A stretch of DNA of 61,939 bases, filler included, from Choristocarpus tenellus KU-1152 (lineage: Eukaryota > Protista > Phaeophyceae), in the NCBI GenBank assembly GCA_964200185.2. It is 13 parts of 13 records of this genome, joined end to end, with 100 filler letters (N's around TTAATTAATTAA, not from the genome) between each part and the next. Parts side by side here need not be neighbours in the genome. Positions count along the whole stretch, not along the records: positions 39,624 to 45,249 come from CAXNAD020010207.1; positions 45,350 to 54,986 come from CAXNAD020003514.1; 11 more parts are not named here. One strand, written 5' to 3'. Made by a program: the position numbers and the translations under genes. Each line of letters begins with the position of its first letter. Positions within the stretch are counted from its first letter, which is position 1. Shown here piece by piece: positions 39,760 through 52,891 of this stretch. The notes under the pieces are model-generated. The model did not search any database, was not told the origin of the DNA, and saw only the letters and a list, made by a program, of their open reading frames with translations.

Positions 39760-42700
39760 CATATTCTTACACCATCAGTACTCTCATGTGGCCTATGAAC
39801 TAGAACGTGATCACCAGATACGAAAACGGGGAACACGAGAGACGTTGGTTGACACACTCCTGAATTATAACGTGCTCATGGAGGTTACGACGTGCCAACT
39901 CAAAAGCAAGCTGTAAATGATCTTTGGTTTGCTGAGTAAACTCTTCAGTAGTGGCATCTGAATCAGCATTAGACGAACCAAGGATAATGTCAACAGGTAA
40001 ACGAGCTTGTCTTCCAAACAGAAGGAAAAACGGGGTTTCACGCAACTTTGCACTGAAAGCTGTGTTATGGGCTAACTGTACGAAAGGCAATAACGATGTC
40101 CAGTTATCCTCAGGAACAGAGATATACATTGCTAGCATAGAATGCAACGTAGTATGTACTCTTTCTAGCACAGAATTTCCTTGGGGGTGATACGGTGTGG
40201 TTTTGGTTTCCTTGTAACCAAAGACAGGCTGTAACTCTGCAACTATACTGTTTTCAAATTCGATACCTTGATCGGATTGTAACAACTCGGGTGGATCAAA
40301 AATTGGAAATACACCTTCTACTGGCGTACGAGCAATTATTGCGGCTCCTTTATTTGGAATAGGGCTCAGCACAACAAAACAAGTGAGGTGAATCAATGGC
40401 AGACAACACATACGAGCACATGACACCATTTGCTGCTGGGGAACGTGTTTTGTGTTCTCTACCAAATCAATAGCAACAGGTTGAAATGGTCTGTCAACGG
40501 GCATATGGCCAGTAGGAAGCGTAGGTTTCTTATGAGCAGTCTTGCGCGTTTGGCATGCTTGACAATCACGACACCATGTACTAACGTCGATATTGAATGT
40601 TGGCCACCAATAGGATTCTCTAATCTTATCGAACGTGGGTTTGAAACCTAAGTGGCCTCCAGACAATGCATGGTCATGACAAGCATGGAATACAAGACGG
40701 ACTAACGAGTGAGGAACGACCAACTGGTCTCTAAACGTGCCCCTCTTACGAAGATGGCCTGGTAAATACGAACGATACAGTAAGATACAGTAATTACGAA
40801 GGAAAAAATATGACATAGGTGACGTTGATTCCTTATCAGGCGATGAGGCGACGTTGGGGGATTGCAAATACCTGAAGTATGGTACGAACTCGGATTCCTA
40901 CTCCTTGCGCAATTGCTCCTGGTCCACTGCAGGAAAACACAGAGTGGAACTAGTAAATACTTCACGATCGCTTTGGACGGGTGTTGCTTGGTAAAGGTTT
41001 AGAAGCAGATAACTCATATTCCTTTTGAACACGCGTGGTAAATGCACGACTACCTTCAGGCACATTACGACAGATTAGTGCCAGCATTGGAGCAACAGAT
41101 TTCTCCTGTTCCTCAAACTTGAAAATATGAGATAGAGTATCAGGTATAACATTGAGCTCATCGGGCTTGTGTTTGACTGTGAAATCATACGCTTGAAGAG
41201 CAATAGCCCAACGAGTAAGCATGTTACTGGTATCCTGCGTTCTATACAAGTAACACAGCGCGGCATGATCTGTGATGCAGGTGAAGTCTCTACCCCAAAG
41301 ATACGGTCGCCAATGGGTGATGGCTGTGACGACTGCATAACACTCTCTTAATGTAGCTGAATAGTGACGTTGAGTTTCTTTAAATTTCTTGCTGAAGTAT
41401 GCAAATGATGCCTAGGTCTGCAGGGCTATCGGATCGAGGTTGTGCTAAAAAGCCTCCAGCACCAATCTCACTGGCATCAACATGGACATAGAATTATTTG
41501 ATAAAAATTTTACACACCGAGCATCAACTGTTTCAGGGGATGCTGGACCATACTGACTAGAATGCAAGGAAATTGTCACATGCCATTTAAAGAACAGGAG
41601 CGGCAAATCTTCTTCTCCAGAACCTGCAATTGTCAGACCAGAGGGTATTTCCGAAGTGGAAAACCTGAAACGACTCCCTTCTGACAAATCTGACCGTGGT
41701 TGTGGGTGTGCGACGTCGCTACTCTGTTCAACGGATCACACTTGGTCGGTGCCCATTCCCCGAACTTGGAGTTTCATCAGGTCTTGAAGCCATTCAGGAG
41801 GCACGGTGTTTGTTCTTGCGCAGTTGTTGATGTGGTGCGCAATTAATGCTGGTACAGCATCACCGAACTTGGCCTGCGAAATGGCCACCTCACAAGTAGT
41901 AGAACCTGGAGGTGGGACCGGTTCTTGCTGAAACAGGACCCGACAAGTGTCACGGTGGCCCGAGCGAACACGATGTTCAAGGGTCGATGACACGGGTCTT
42001 GCATGAGCCTGACGATCTGTAAGAGGGGAAGAGGGGGAATCTCGTCTATGTTCAGCAAGTGTTATGTTACTGGACGAAGTAGAGTTGACACTAGACGAGT
42101 CAGGGTCGATATTGGTTGAAGACTCCATGTCTTCTGTAGACTCGTGACCTTGGACCTCCTCTTCTCGTGTTCTGGATGGTTCCAGATCTGGAGTTATGTG
42201 CTCCTGTGCACGACGTTTTCGCCTTGATCTTGAGTTCGGCATCTGAGTGAAAGTATCTTAGAGGGTACGAGTTTTGCCTTGTTTGTCCATTTGGCGCTTG
42301 GCTTCCTATGTTTTTTTTAATGACATTTTCCTCCCTCAAAATTTTTCGGAGTGGGTAAAATGTTTACGTTATGAAAGGTGTGTCTGGAACAAGGATATTG
42401 ACACTTCCTAACAAACACGATGACCAAAATTACATCAAAATCGCAACATTGGGTTTTGACCCCCAAATGGATACGGCCATACCCTCTAAGATACTTTGGC
42501 TTATCTTTCGTTCGTGGTCAAACAGAAATTCCCCGTCATCCTATTTCTGAGCTCATTGGTGTCGCCAATGTCAATTGTCAATCGTGTGATTCTGTGGTGG
42601 CGTGGTTCACTCAGGCAAGGGTGGTGAAGAGAATCACCGGGCAAGACGGACCAGACGGAACTAGGACAAACCGTAACCGAGGGTGCGAGGTTAAAGTTGG

Positions 42701-42770
42701 ACAAGTGTAAATTGACAAGTGATGAACATCATCAAAGATGGGGCTTCATCACCACCAGTCAAGACGTGAG
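39760..42770 (-). mobile_element. Internally deleted Ty3/gypsy element (gag-like 5' region, RNase H, integrase)
   Basis: LTRWAIALQAYDFTVKHKP, HACHDHALSGGHLG...YWWP...CRDCQAC, LQSDQGIEFEN, TTPYHPQGNSVLERVH. The ORF 41736-42242 is only presumed gag-like from position. Confidence 0.88.
42245..42502. mobile_element. MITE family 1 copy, TSD ATCT
   Basis: ATCT at 42241-42244 and 42503-42506. Confidence 0.93.
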
Positions 42771-43229
42771 AATAAATTGGATCTTCCATGTGTGACAATT
42801 CTGAATGACAAGCTGTCCCATGTCTGTGGGATTGGTCATGTGAAGAGATTCCATGGTTTCATTCTGACGGAAGGTCCACCAGTGGAATCATCTTGACTGG
42901 GAACCTCAATACAACGGTATAATGGTATATGACATACGGCAATAGCTGTATAACAACAGACAAACATGCTTTCCACACTTCTGAACTGTTTATTTATTAG
43001 CGTGTTTGTGCAGGATGAAATTGATGATGATGCCTTCTCCAATGGTGGTAAGAAAATCCTCTGCGAAAGAAAAAATGCAAAAACAAGAAACGCTACCTAA
43101 AGGTGATGAGCAAATTCAAACCACCTTCAGCGAGGTTAGTGGGCACTCCCGTGACGAAAGAGCAGTCTACCGTCATAGCCTGTGCTAGCTTCCGTCTATT
43201 TCGACCCTCCCCTGGACATTCCCCAGTGT

Positions 43230-43740
43230 ATTGAGCGATGGAGGTAGGTCTTTGCCTGAATTGTGATGACTTCTAGCGCTTGCCCTGTCCGTGGCTAAAG
43301 AAAGTGAGGATCGAAGCACACGCTGGGGAATGAATAGATGTGACTGGCCGAACGGGTTTTGATTCATTGCTTTTTGGAATGAACAAGGTCTGTATTTCAC
43401 AGAAACCAAAGCAGGTTGTTTGTTTAAGGCAGCACAGACAGAGGGCGAGGAGTTCTGGGTTAGAACAGGTTGAAGCATTGGCGCGAGGGTTGCCAATACA
43501 CTGTTGACAACCTCTTGGTGTGGCAGTGAAGTTTGGCTTGATACCTCGTGCATGAACGTCCTGTTCTGGTGAGGTAGTCCTAGTTCCTGCCTATCGATCG
43601 GAGTTTCAGCTGAGGCAGTGAAAGGATGTGATATGCTAGCAAACATAGCACACGCATCTGTCATGCTACCCAAAACAGTGTGAAACTTTTTCTTGTACAA
43701 TGCAGCTTTTGTAGCATTTTGGTTGGCTGGGACAAGTGCG
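43230..43740 (+). pseudogene. Possible hAT transposase relic
   Basis: Stop-riddled frame LIHCFLE...KHWREGCQYTVDNLLVWQ*SLA*YL resembles the hAT TRW.....RLL....L..Y block. Confidence 0.25.
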
Positions 43741-43744
43741 TATT

Positions 43745-44000
43745 AACAGCCTCTCGGCAAAATTGAGGATGGAGCATTTCATGGAGGATGAGTTTGACCC
43801 AAAATGGTGCGTGGAAAGTGCCCATGAGTTCTTTTTGGTAAATGTTGCAGCACTTTTTAAGGGCCCCTTTTTGAATGGGATATATTATTGTTGCAAAAGA
43901 TTTCGGTGCTTGTTGTGGAGGGCACCACTACGATTCGGAAGCGACCTCGACCAAGCCAAAGGTATAAGGACAGACGGCCCCCCCTGGGGGAGGCAGTAAC
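43745..44000 (+). mobile_element. MITE/TIR family 3 left end (AACAGCC...AAAATTGAGGATGGAGC)
   Basis: Nearly identical over ~180 bp to 61758-61939 and shares its terminus with 54244-54433. Confidence 0.8.
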
Positions 44001-44184
44001 GGTTTTGGTATGCTTATATTATGTATGGTACACTACGTATTGTATTATACAATAATACATGCATACGTCTTCTTCCAGTAGTTATAAATATTTATGAAAG
44101 GGTGATGTGGTTTTGTACAAGAAAGGGATAGATAGGTCACATCCACCAAAAAACTAACCAGTACCCTCTAAGATAGTTTCACTC

Positions 44185-45185
44185 GAAGTTGTAAACCCGA
44201 ATATAGTATGCGATTTGTATCTTTTTAAATACAAATAAGATACTTCATTGATATTGTACGTTTCCAATTGTTCAGAAACCAACTTTGTTGGAGCCTCGGG
44301 CTATTGGTGGGACCACCCTGAGATCGATGATCCTGGAAATCCGTGCATTACACATTTTGGAAGTTGTAAATCCGAATATAGTATGTGATTTGTATCTTTC
44401 AAAATACAAGTCACATACTTAATTGGTAATGTACGTTTCCAATGTTCACAAACCAACTTTGTTTTGTGCTCCGGGAGATTCATTGAACCTGTCATGAGAT
44501 CCGTGATCCTCAAAATCTTACAATTTGTTGGACGAAAGTTGTAAAAACGATTACACCCGTACTTACAATTTCTTTTAAATACAAAGCACATACTTCATTG
44601 ATCTCGTACTTTTCCAATATTCAGAAACCAAAAGGTCAACAAAAAGTGGCACCCTCTAAGTTTTTGAAATACAAAATCTTAAATTGTTGGACATATGCAT
44701 TCTTGAAAACTCTAGAGACAATAAAACGGGGTTATTTGAGTTTCGAAGCGCCATTCCACTCTTCGAAACTCAAGGACACCCAAAACACGTGCATGAGGAT
44801 TTTTAGAAAAAATAGTAAATCCAATAATAATCGTTCTTACAATTTTTGAAAATATCAAGCACGCAATTTATGGGTCTCAAACGTTTCCAATTTGCATAAA
44901 CTAAAATGTCACTTCCAACTGGTACCCACAATTTATTTAAATATTAAAACCGCTTTTTGGCGACCTTAGTATTTTTTTAAATACAAGAGACCACAAAAAA
45001 GCGGATCCATAGTTTTCAAGATCCATTTCGATGTCTAACCCCAAGGACAGCCAAAACACATGCGTTAGGGTTTTCACGAAATAATAATGATATTCTAATC
45101 TTTACATCAACGAATACAATTACAAACCACATCCTTCATTGATGCAATATGTTTCAAACGTACGAAACGAAAAGGTCACAAAAAA
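44185..45185. repeat. AT-rich degenerate tandem repeat (~175-bp unit) bracketed by outward-facing family 1 termini (44161-44184, 45188-45249)
   Basis: AAGTTGTAAA...AAATACAA...TACTT.ATTG...TTTCCAAT at ~44185, 44360 and 44535, with weaker copies near 44830 and 45110. Confidence 0.7.
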
Positions 45186-45349
45186 AGAGTGAAACTATCT
45201 TAGAGGGTACGAATTTTCCCTGTTTGTCCATTTATGGGGCTTGGCTTCCNNNNNNNNNNNNNNNNNNNNNNNNNNNNNNNNNNNNNNNNNNNNTTAATTA
45301 ATTAANNNNNNNNNNNNNNNNNNNNNNNNNNNNNNNNNNNNNNNNNNNN

Positions 45350-48300
45350 CCGGCCACCTCCTCCTGACCCACCTCCAGCACCCCCAGCCCCGCTTCCGAC
45401 TGTAGTGCTTCCACCGCTTCCAATGTCTTGCTGCTCCTGCCCCAGACGATAAACAAGGCTGAAGGGACGCTCCTTACCTGTGCTCTCAAGCGAAGATTCA
45501 AACAATGAGCCTGACCTCGTTCCTACAACAATGCCCTTTGTGCTGGTCTGAAAATTGCAGTGGTCATGTAGGGCATGGGGGTTGGTAAGGGGTGGGGGCA
45601 GGGGAGAAAGGGAGGGGGCAGGGAGACGAAACGAAGGATGAGATGGGTTTGGAACAATAAAATCGGACACCAGTGGGGGACCACTGTGATGCAGAACAAG
45701 GATGCAAGGAAGCAGAACACATCGTTGGGGTCGTCCAGGGGGTACAGGGAGAAGATGCCATAATACTCTGAAATGCATAGAATACAATAGGTGTAGAGTT
45801 GTGTGCAGGTAAACGGATAAGAAATCCACAAGAAAAAAACATCAGGCAATGACCACACTCTTGTTCTCCTTCATTGAACAACAACAGATCTGGTACGCAT
45901 AGCTTCACATTCGTCCCAAGTTCATTAGGTCTTCACTGCGGTATGTCAGGAAGGACGAGATAACTCCCAGAGGGGAGTACTAAATTTGTCAAAACGACAC
46001 AGAGGCCAGAACTAACTAAAGGCCTGGAACTTGCTCCCTTTCCGAACATAGTCCCCAAAAAGGACAAGAACACATGCACACACACATGCACACACACACA
46101 CACACACACACACATACAAGCACACACACACACACACACACAGCAGTATGCATGAAGGTGCCAAAAAATGGAACCAAAGTGTTGAGAAAAAAAAAAGAAC
46201 GAACCTCAGTGCATCGCTGCCGATCAAAGGCCACTGCCTCCACCACCACACCAGACCACTTAGCCAGGCGCTTAGGGCGAGGCATTTGCGCATTGAGGTA
46301 GTAGGTCTCACCCCCATGCATGCACACCAAGAGGTGATTACCTGTGGGGTCCAGGAATAGCTTGTGGATGCTGTCCTCTGTTCGTCCAGAAATCTCAATA
46401 TCTGATCGAACAGGGTCAACGGTGGTGGAGGGAAGGGGAGATTGAGAAGGTAGAGGGGAGGAGGAGGGTTAAAAGTGGAGCAGCGTATTGTTAGATAAGA
46501 TATTATATTCGTCTACTATAGGCCCTGATACGCGACATCGGAATGTTCTTTTGGGGAATACAACCGCGTTGTCTTGTTTTGAATTGAATTGGTTGTTGTA
46601 GGTGCATCACTGTATACCTTGAGGGGTTCAGAAACTGATAGAGTGTATGCGAAACTACACTTGATACTCAATTCATATTTGAAAGCAATCAACAGTGAGG
46701 CACAGAGAAGGAATGGACAATCATGGTTGCATCACAATAACAAGAGCTGAAAAATTTCTGCAGCATTGTGGTCATGGACACCCCCGTTTAGTGTCCATGT
46801 GATTACTCATGGATTAAGGGCAATCATAACTCCAGGGTACACGTGGTGAGTTTCCGTTGTCTTCTTGTCTTCTTGTCTTCTGTGTCTCAAATCTCTACAT
46901 CAGCAACAAGAGAGGTGCAACATCCAACGGTAACTCCTGATGTATAAATACTCACTGCTCTCTCATGGCAAAAACAAGGGGCAAAGGCATAGAAGCAAGG
47001 GTCCATGTAAACAAAACCAAAACAGGAGGAGAGTAGGTTCATAAGGAGCAGGCAATGCTTTCAAGTGTTGCACCGAGTACAGTACTGTGCACAGAAGGTT
47101 TGAAATCAGACCTCCTGTCAGTCAAAGGGATACAAAGGACCAGAAGAAATAGTGGTCCATGAGTCAACTACAAAAGTGGTTATTACCTCCATGCCCAACA
47201 TCCCCACCAGAGCATCTTGCTTGCAGAGGGACCGCCTTGAAAAACTGTTTCACTTCTACTTTGCTCAATGCAAGTACATCGATAGAGTTTTCGCATGATA
47301 TTTGAAACTGGTTTGGAGGGTGTATGGTTCGACTGTCTGAATAGTGCAGATCCCGTTGACCGCCAAAGGAGAGGCGTCTGGAGTTATTGGAGTCCCTTGA
47401 TGTGATGTAGTCAACCAGTCCTCATCCTTGTTGCCTCATACAACAAGAAATAGGAATCCTACTGGGAATACCCATACTCTCCCATCAGATTATATCATCA
47501 AAACAAAAGAAACATGCTACTCTGAACCTTTCTTTTCCTGCTGCCAAATACATACATGTACCCAAGTACAAACACTTCAGACATTTGTGCACCTTCAGGA
47601 CCGGAGCTTCCATCTATGTTCCAGCGAACCACGCGGCAATCGGATGTTCCCATGGCTAGCACGCCGTTCCCAACCGCTACCGCAAGGATTGACCATGTCA
47701 CAGAGGGTGGGCGGAATTTCCGGCCCATCCTCTGACTTACAGCTGCCATGGCTCCAGCTAGGTCAAGGCGTTTGAGGGAAAAGAGTGGAGGGCTNNNNNN
47801 NNNNTGGAGGGCGCTTCCCATCTCCGCTTGTGCCTCCACCGAAGCCTGCGGTGAGGACCTGGAGAAGAAAGGGTCATTAATTAGACTTTGGTCAAAAGGG
47901 AAGGTGAGGACAAAGAGAAAGGGAAGGTGAGGACAAAGAGATGGGATAGCGATGGGCATCGTGATCGGCATTTTGCCTTCATACTTGAACTCATGGAAAA
48001 TGCAGGGTAATCACCTTTGCCTTACAGCGGTGATCATAACAATCGAAGGTCAATATTTCATAAGACGATTCAAGGTTACATTCTGGTGGGAAGGCACTTG
48101 TTTCATCTAAGGGAACCACCATAAGGTAGAGGGAAACACAACCTGTACCGTCGTGCTAAAGGCACTAATCGCGCTCAAACTTTCCCCCTTCACTAGGCTC
48201 TGACCCTTCTTTATTGACCACGTGCTCCACTCACATCTCCTGTATTTGCGTCACCATATAAATGTTCCCCCAAACGTTCAGCAGTCGCTTTTCCAGAAGG

Positions 48301-48636
48301 CGTTGAGGCAGCCCTTCCAAGACCAGCCCCCCTCCTTGGAGCTGGTGAGGCGAATGGATTGGAACCAAAGGGATTAGAACCGAAAGGATTTTTGGTTGCA
48401 GCCGAGGTTCGAACTACGGCCGGAGAGGAAGCAGGCATAGTACGTCTCTGTCCCCATCCTGATGTTGGGACATCAACTCCCTGCCTCATCCCTTGTGCCG
48501 GTCCCCTCCCAGTTCCCCGTCCGGTTCCAGCTTCTTTGATATCGGTCCTTGGCTGAGTCCTACTTGAATGTTTTCCTTGAGTTAGCGCCTGGGAAGGTCG
48601 CCTATCCATCTCGTTCCACTCCTCGAACAGGTCCAT
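45350..48636 (-). CDS. VPS18: Vacuolar protein sorting 18 (Pep3; HOPS/CORVET core), 5' partial; exons 48235-48636, 47593-47845, 46205-46401, <45350-45547
   Basis: Spliced translation gives AVGNGVLAM...W, IHKLFLDPTGNHLLV...GETYYL...PKRLAKWSGVVVEAVAFD, STKGIVVGTRSGSLFE..L, the Pep3/Vps18 beta-propeller motifs. GT-AG sites are phase-consistent. Confidence 0.88.
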
Positions 48637-48808
48637 CTTCTTGCTTTGTGCAACCTCTTCTTGTGAGAGTAAGAAAATGGGAGCTGTAATATTTGGGAAG
48701 CGTCATACTCAACAATATTCAACTCAACTCAAACCTTAAGATTGGAGATGGTATATAATGGATTGGTAAAACAATCTATTTCCGAATTGACACAACGAAG
48801 TTGGTAAA
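48637..48808. promoter_or_regulatory. Putative bidirectional promoter between VPS18 and ALG11
   Basis: Divergent start codons only 172 bp apart on one contig; GATTGG (reverse CCAAT box) occurs twice, ~48740 and ~48761. Confidence 0.55.
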
Positions 48809-51800
48809 ATGCTAAACTTGGGTATATGGGTGTTCGAGACCCTCCTAAGGATATGGGGACCAATCCTGGGATACACCATCGCAATTTACGCGGTGCTCAG
48901 GTCGCTAGCAGTGGCTAACAGGTGGAGGACCCGGCGAAAACTTGGAGTGGCCTTGAATGCGACGGTTGTGGGCTTCTTTCACCCATTCTGCAATGCAGGG
49001 GGGGGAGGAGAGCGTGTGCTTTGGCGAGCTATGCATGCTATTTCTAACCTGAGTAAGGATCAGGGAAACACCTTGCATGTGATTATCTACTCTGGCGATG
49101 TGGGAATACCACCTGAGGATATTATATCCAATGCCCTTCGGCAATTCCAGATCCCGCTTGATGTTGGAGCGTTGCCGGTCAGTTTTGTTTTTGTTAAGGG
49201 GAGAGAGGTGCTGAATCCGAACAGATACCCTGTGCTAACCATGTTAGGACAAAGTCTGGGCTCCTTCGTACTGGCGGTGGAGGCTCTTGTCCGAGCAACT
49301 CCAGACGTCTTTGTCGACACTACGGGGTTCGCTTTCTCGTTCCCTGCTGCCTGGGCGATGGGGTGCAGGGTTGGCGCCTATGTCCACTACCCGACTATCA
49401 GCACTGTAAGTGTAGCTATTCAAAGAGTCATTGGAGGGTTCCTGCGTAGAATCTTGTCGGTTTTCTACACTGTAGGAGATGCAGTATTGACAAGTCACTC
49501 GAGATTTCCCCTGCTCCTATAACTTGCATCTAAGGGCCATATGATCGTTTCTATTTCTCATCGGAGACTCTCTTATTTCCCGGAATAGCCTGCAGCACCA
49601 TGTTTTTGTACAAAAAAACAGCAATCGTAGCAAAACTGTGGTGGAGATGAAGAGGACGGAATGGCGGGACTAATGCCGATACAATCTGGCAACGCAAAAG
49701 ACCTATCATATCCGATGACATTTCCAAACTAGAAGAAAGAAAATTACACCTTTCAGGAATATATCACAAGATGGACAAGGGGGGGGAGTTGTGTGTATGC
49801 AGATTCCTCAGTGCTCTATTTTGTGCCCCAATAGCATTTACACACCCTTAGCCAAAAGGCCAAGAAGATCGTTGTGGCGGACCATAAGCACATGATGCAG
49901 ACTTTCCTTGAATCGAAGCAACACTGTTTTGTTCTCGTATAGGTGGCGTATGCAGCCAAGAGATTATTGTAATGTTCAATAATGCTCATATTGGTCAGAG
50001 GCATGAAATAACCTTGTGTAGTTGCATGGAGTTGTACTCTTACTATTTTCAGGAGGTTCAAGGTGTTATCACTGAGGGTAGACCTTCAATTTTGGGATAT
50101 ATTTGAAACTGGTCAGATTCTCAATTTCTCTTTCTGGGCCCAAGGTGCAGCAGGCGTCTGCGTCTGGAGTATTTTATTGGTGTTACAAGCAAATGATCCA
50201 TGGGCACATAGCAGCTACAAATTAGAGTCAGTTTTTTTTCCCCCTCCCATCTACCTTCAGGATATGCTGTGCCAGGTCCACGAGAGACGGCCTGCCTATA
50301 ACAACAGAGATTGGATCTCGTCACGACGGGTTGTATCACGCGCCAAGATAATTTACTACCACGCCTTTGCATTGCTCTATGGCCTGGCTGGTACCTTCGC
50401 CTCTGTTGTCATGGTTAATTCCAATTGGACTCGGAGACACATCGAAACTATGTGGTGGTTCTCTTCGCCGGTGGTGGTGTTCCCACCATGTGATACCTCT
50501 GAGCTAGAGGTGAGGAAAGAGCCAACGTTTCAACCTCTACTCTTTGTGCTACTTGTATGGTGGGAATAGGAATGCCAATTACCCCCTCTAGCCCTTCCTT
50601 GGCATTAGCACATGTTTCACCCATGCACATCTCTGCATAGCAAACCACAGTCTCTTACCTCATGACTGTGCCTGTATACCTCTCAACTTAGGGTGGGGTG
50701 CATTAATTATGCCTGATCCCACTCTTTAAGGCCCATCCGTTTCTCTCTAGTGCTGTATGACTTTCAAGCGCTGGGCTTGGCTTTTTTCTTCATTATGTTC
50801 AAGTGCTCAAGTCTGCCTACCTACAGGCTAGATCGCCATATTCACCTTTCTACATTGCCAGTTGCCCACCGTGATTTATATTGATGACACCCTACCTCTG
50901 CTGCTCTCTTCACCTCCCTGCACTATCCCTTTCTCTTCCTCCTCCTTGCCCCAATCCCTTTGGCCTATCATTTTTCCGCTTTCTTCTTGATGCCCCAACT
51001 GTTGAGAAAAAGAACATCCCCATCAATGACAAGGGGCGACAACGTTGCATCCTCTCAGTGGGACAATTCCGCCCAGAAAAGGATCACGCTCTGCAGGTGC
51101 GAGCATTGGCAGCACTTCTCTCTCGTCCGATTGTGAGGGAACATGAAGGAGTGGGTGGTGAGGCTGGTGGGAAAGGAGGGGTTGCGAGGAGTAGTGGCTT
51201 GGATGTTGGTGTGAGCAAGTACAAAGATGGGCCGTTCAGGGATGTGCGCCTGGTGCTGTTGGGTAGCTGTCGTGGAGAGGATGATAGACAAGTATTGGCC
51301 AGGGCCTTGGCCCTAGCAGAGGAGCTGGGGGTTTCAGATAGTGTGGAAACTGTGGTTAACTGCAGCTTTGCTGAGCTGAAGTGGTGGCTTGGGCGGGCCA
51401 GTGTTGGAATCCACACTATGTGGAATGAGCACTTCGGCATAGGAGTGGTGGAAATGATGGTAAGAGCTTTCGTGGGTTTGGAGCCTTGTCATGATCCTAA
51501 ACTCTCTGAAGTTTTTTTGTGGAGCATGCCATTATTTCTGTTGTTCCCATTGAAGCAGGTTCCGTTTTACTCTGGAGTATTACCTTGCACTGAAAATATT
51601 CTGAAGGTAGGTGTAACTTCTTCATCTGGAGTTGAATACTTACTGGCTCAGGTGTATTTGTCCAAGTTAGATGATGCCAGGAGCACATCAGGGACTGATC
51701 TGATTAGGTCGAGGTTATCTGCTGTTGAGGAAGAAGACACCCTCACTTCTACCTTAAGGGGGAACTAGAATCCCACTCCCCATGTATGCCAAAGAGTAAG

Positions 51801-52891
51801 AACCTACAAGACACTTGGAGTAGAACAGAACAAAGACATGTCAACCGACCTATGCAAGAATATTTCTGTCAACAGCTAGATTGTAGTAGTGCCACTTTCA
51901 CGTGAATAGTCCTAAGTGGATGCCAATACTCCAGAATGCCTTCCATCTTATCGGTTGACTATGCAATCCTGACCGCCACAATCACCTCATCACACCTCAC
52001 ACATACTGGCACTAACTTGACAACAAGGAGGGGTGACATCCGAGATGAGCTCCTCTTGCAGTGTACTCTCCCTGTTTTTGGCTGTCAGCTTCATGCCATC
52101 TGCTTAACTACCCTGCTCCACTGTCTTATTCCTTCCACTATTCCACTATGCTTCTGACTCCCCACCTTCCCCAACTCCCTGCTTCCCACTATAATATTTT
52201 TACTACCAGAGTAAAACATTCAACCTTACATCACACACCTTGAATCCCTAGTCCCTCCGTTGTCCCAACAGTCCCGATAGAGTGCTCCTCTCTTTGCGAT
52301 CATAGCCTACATTCCCTCTCCCCTCAACTCTGTTTGCCTCATTCCCAACGGGGACTGTCCTGCTGTCCCTGCCTACTATGCGAACCATGTTGATTTTTCC
52401 TTTTCCATGCGAATCAATATCAGGCAGCAGGTATGGTAACCATTGCTCACCGATCGGGCGGACCAGAGGCAGATATTGTTGTCCCACTCCCCAATGGCAA
52501 AAGTACTGGGTTCCTGGCTGCAACACCTGAGGAGTATGCCTGTATATTGGAAGGCGTGTTCAGTAGGAGCACCAAAGTTGGGAGTGGAAATGTAACTGTG
52601 GATAGTAATGTGAGCAGAGATTGCATTGGGGGTTCTATTGATGCCAACACGAATGTCAAAAACGTTTGGTCCACAGATGCAATGCAGGGAGATGCTGGGG
52701 AGATTGACACACTTGCACTGCGGGAAGCTGGAAGAAAGGCAGCCCAACGTTTCTCCAATGATGTGTTTGACCTAGGATTCTATTGTTGCTTCTCCAAACT
52801 TCTGCCATCTCCGAGGATAGAAACAACTGACAAAGGCTGTGGTGACTGGGGATTGGGATTGATGAGGCATCAGAAGAAAAAAATAAAATGA
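48809..52891 (+). CDS. ALG11: GDP-Man:Man3GlcNAc2-PP-Dol alpha-1,2-mannosyltransferase (GT4); exons 48809-49405, 50261-50509, ~51013-51459, 52424-52891
   Basis: VGFFHPFCNAGGGGERVLW, PDVFVDTTG, YVHYPTIST|DML, VMVNSNWT..HI, VFPPCDT, SVGQFRPEKDH, HTMWNEHFGIGVVEMM|AAG...AHRSGGP..DIV; N-terminal hydrophobic segment; all introns GT-AG, phase 0. Confidence 0.96.

Noticed and set aside
6477-52891. GCN5, gypsy chromodomains, VPS18 and ALG11 as a functional gene cluster
   Set aside because: They lie on separate contigs joined artificially; only the VPS18-ALG11 adjacency is real.
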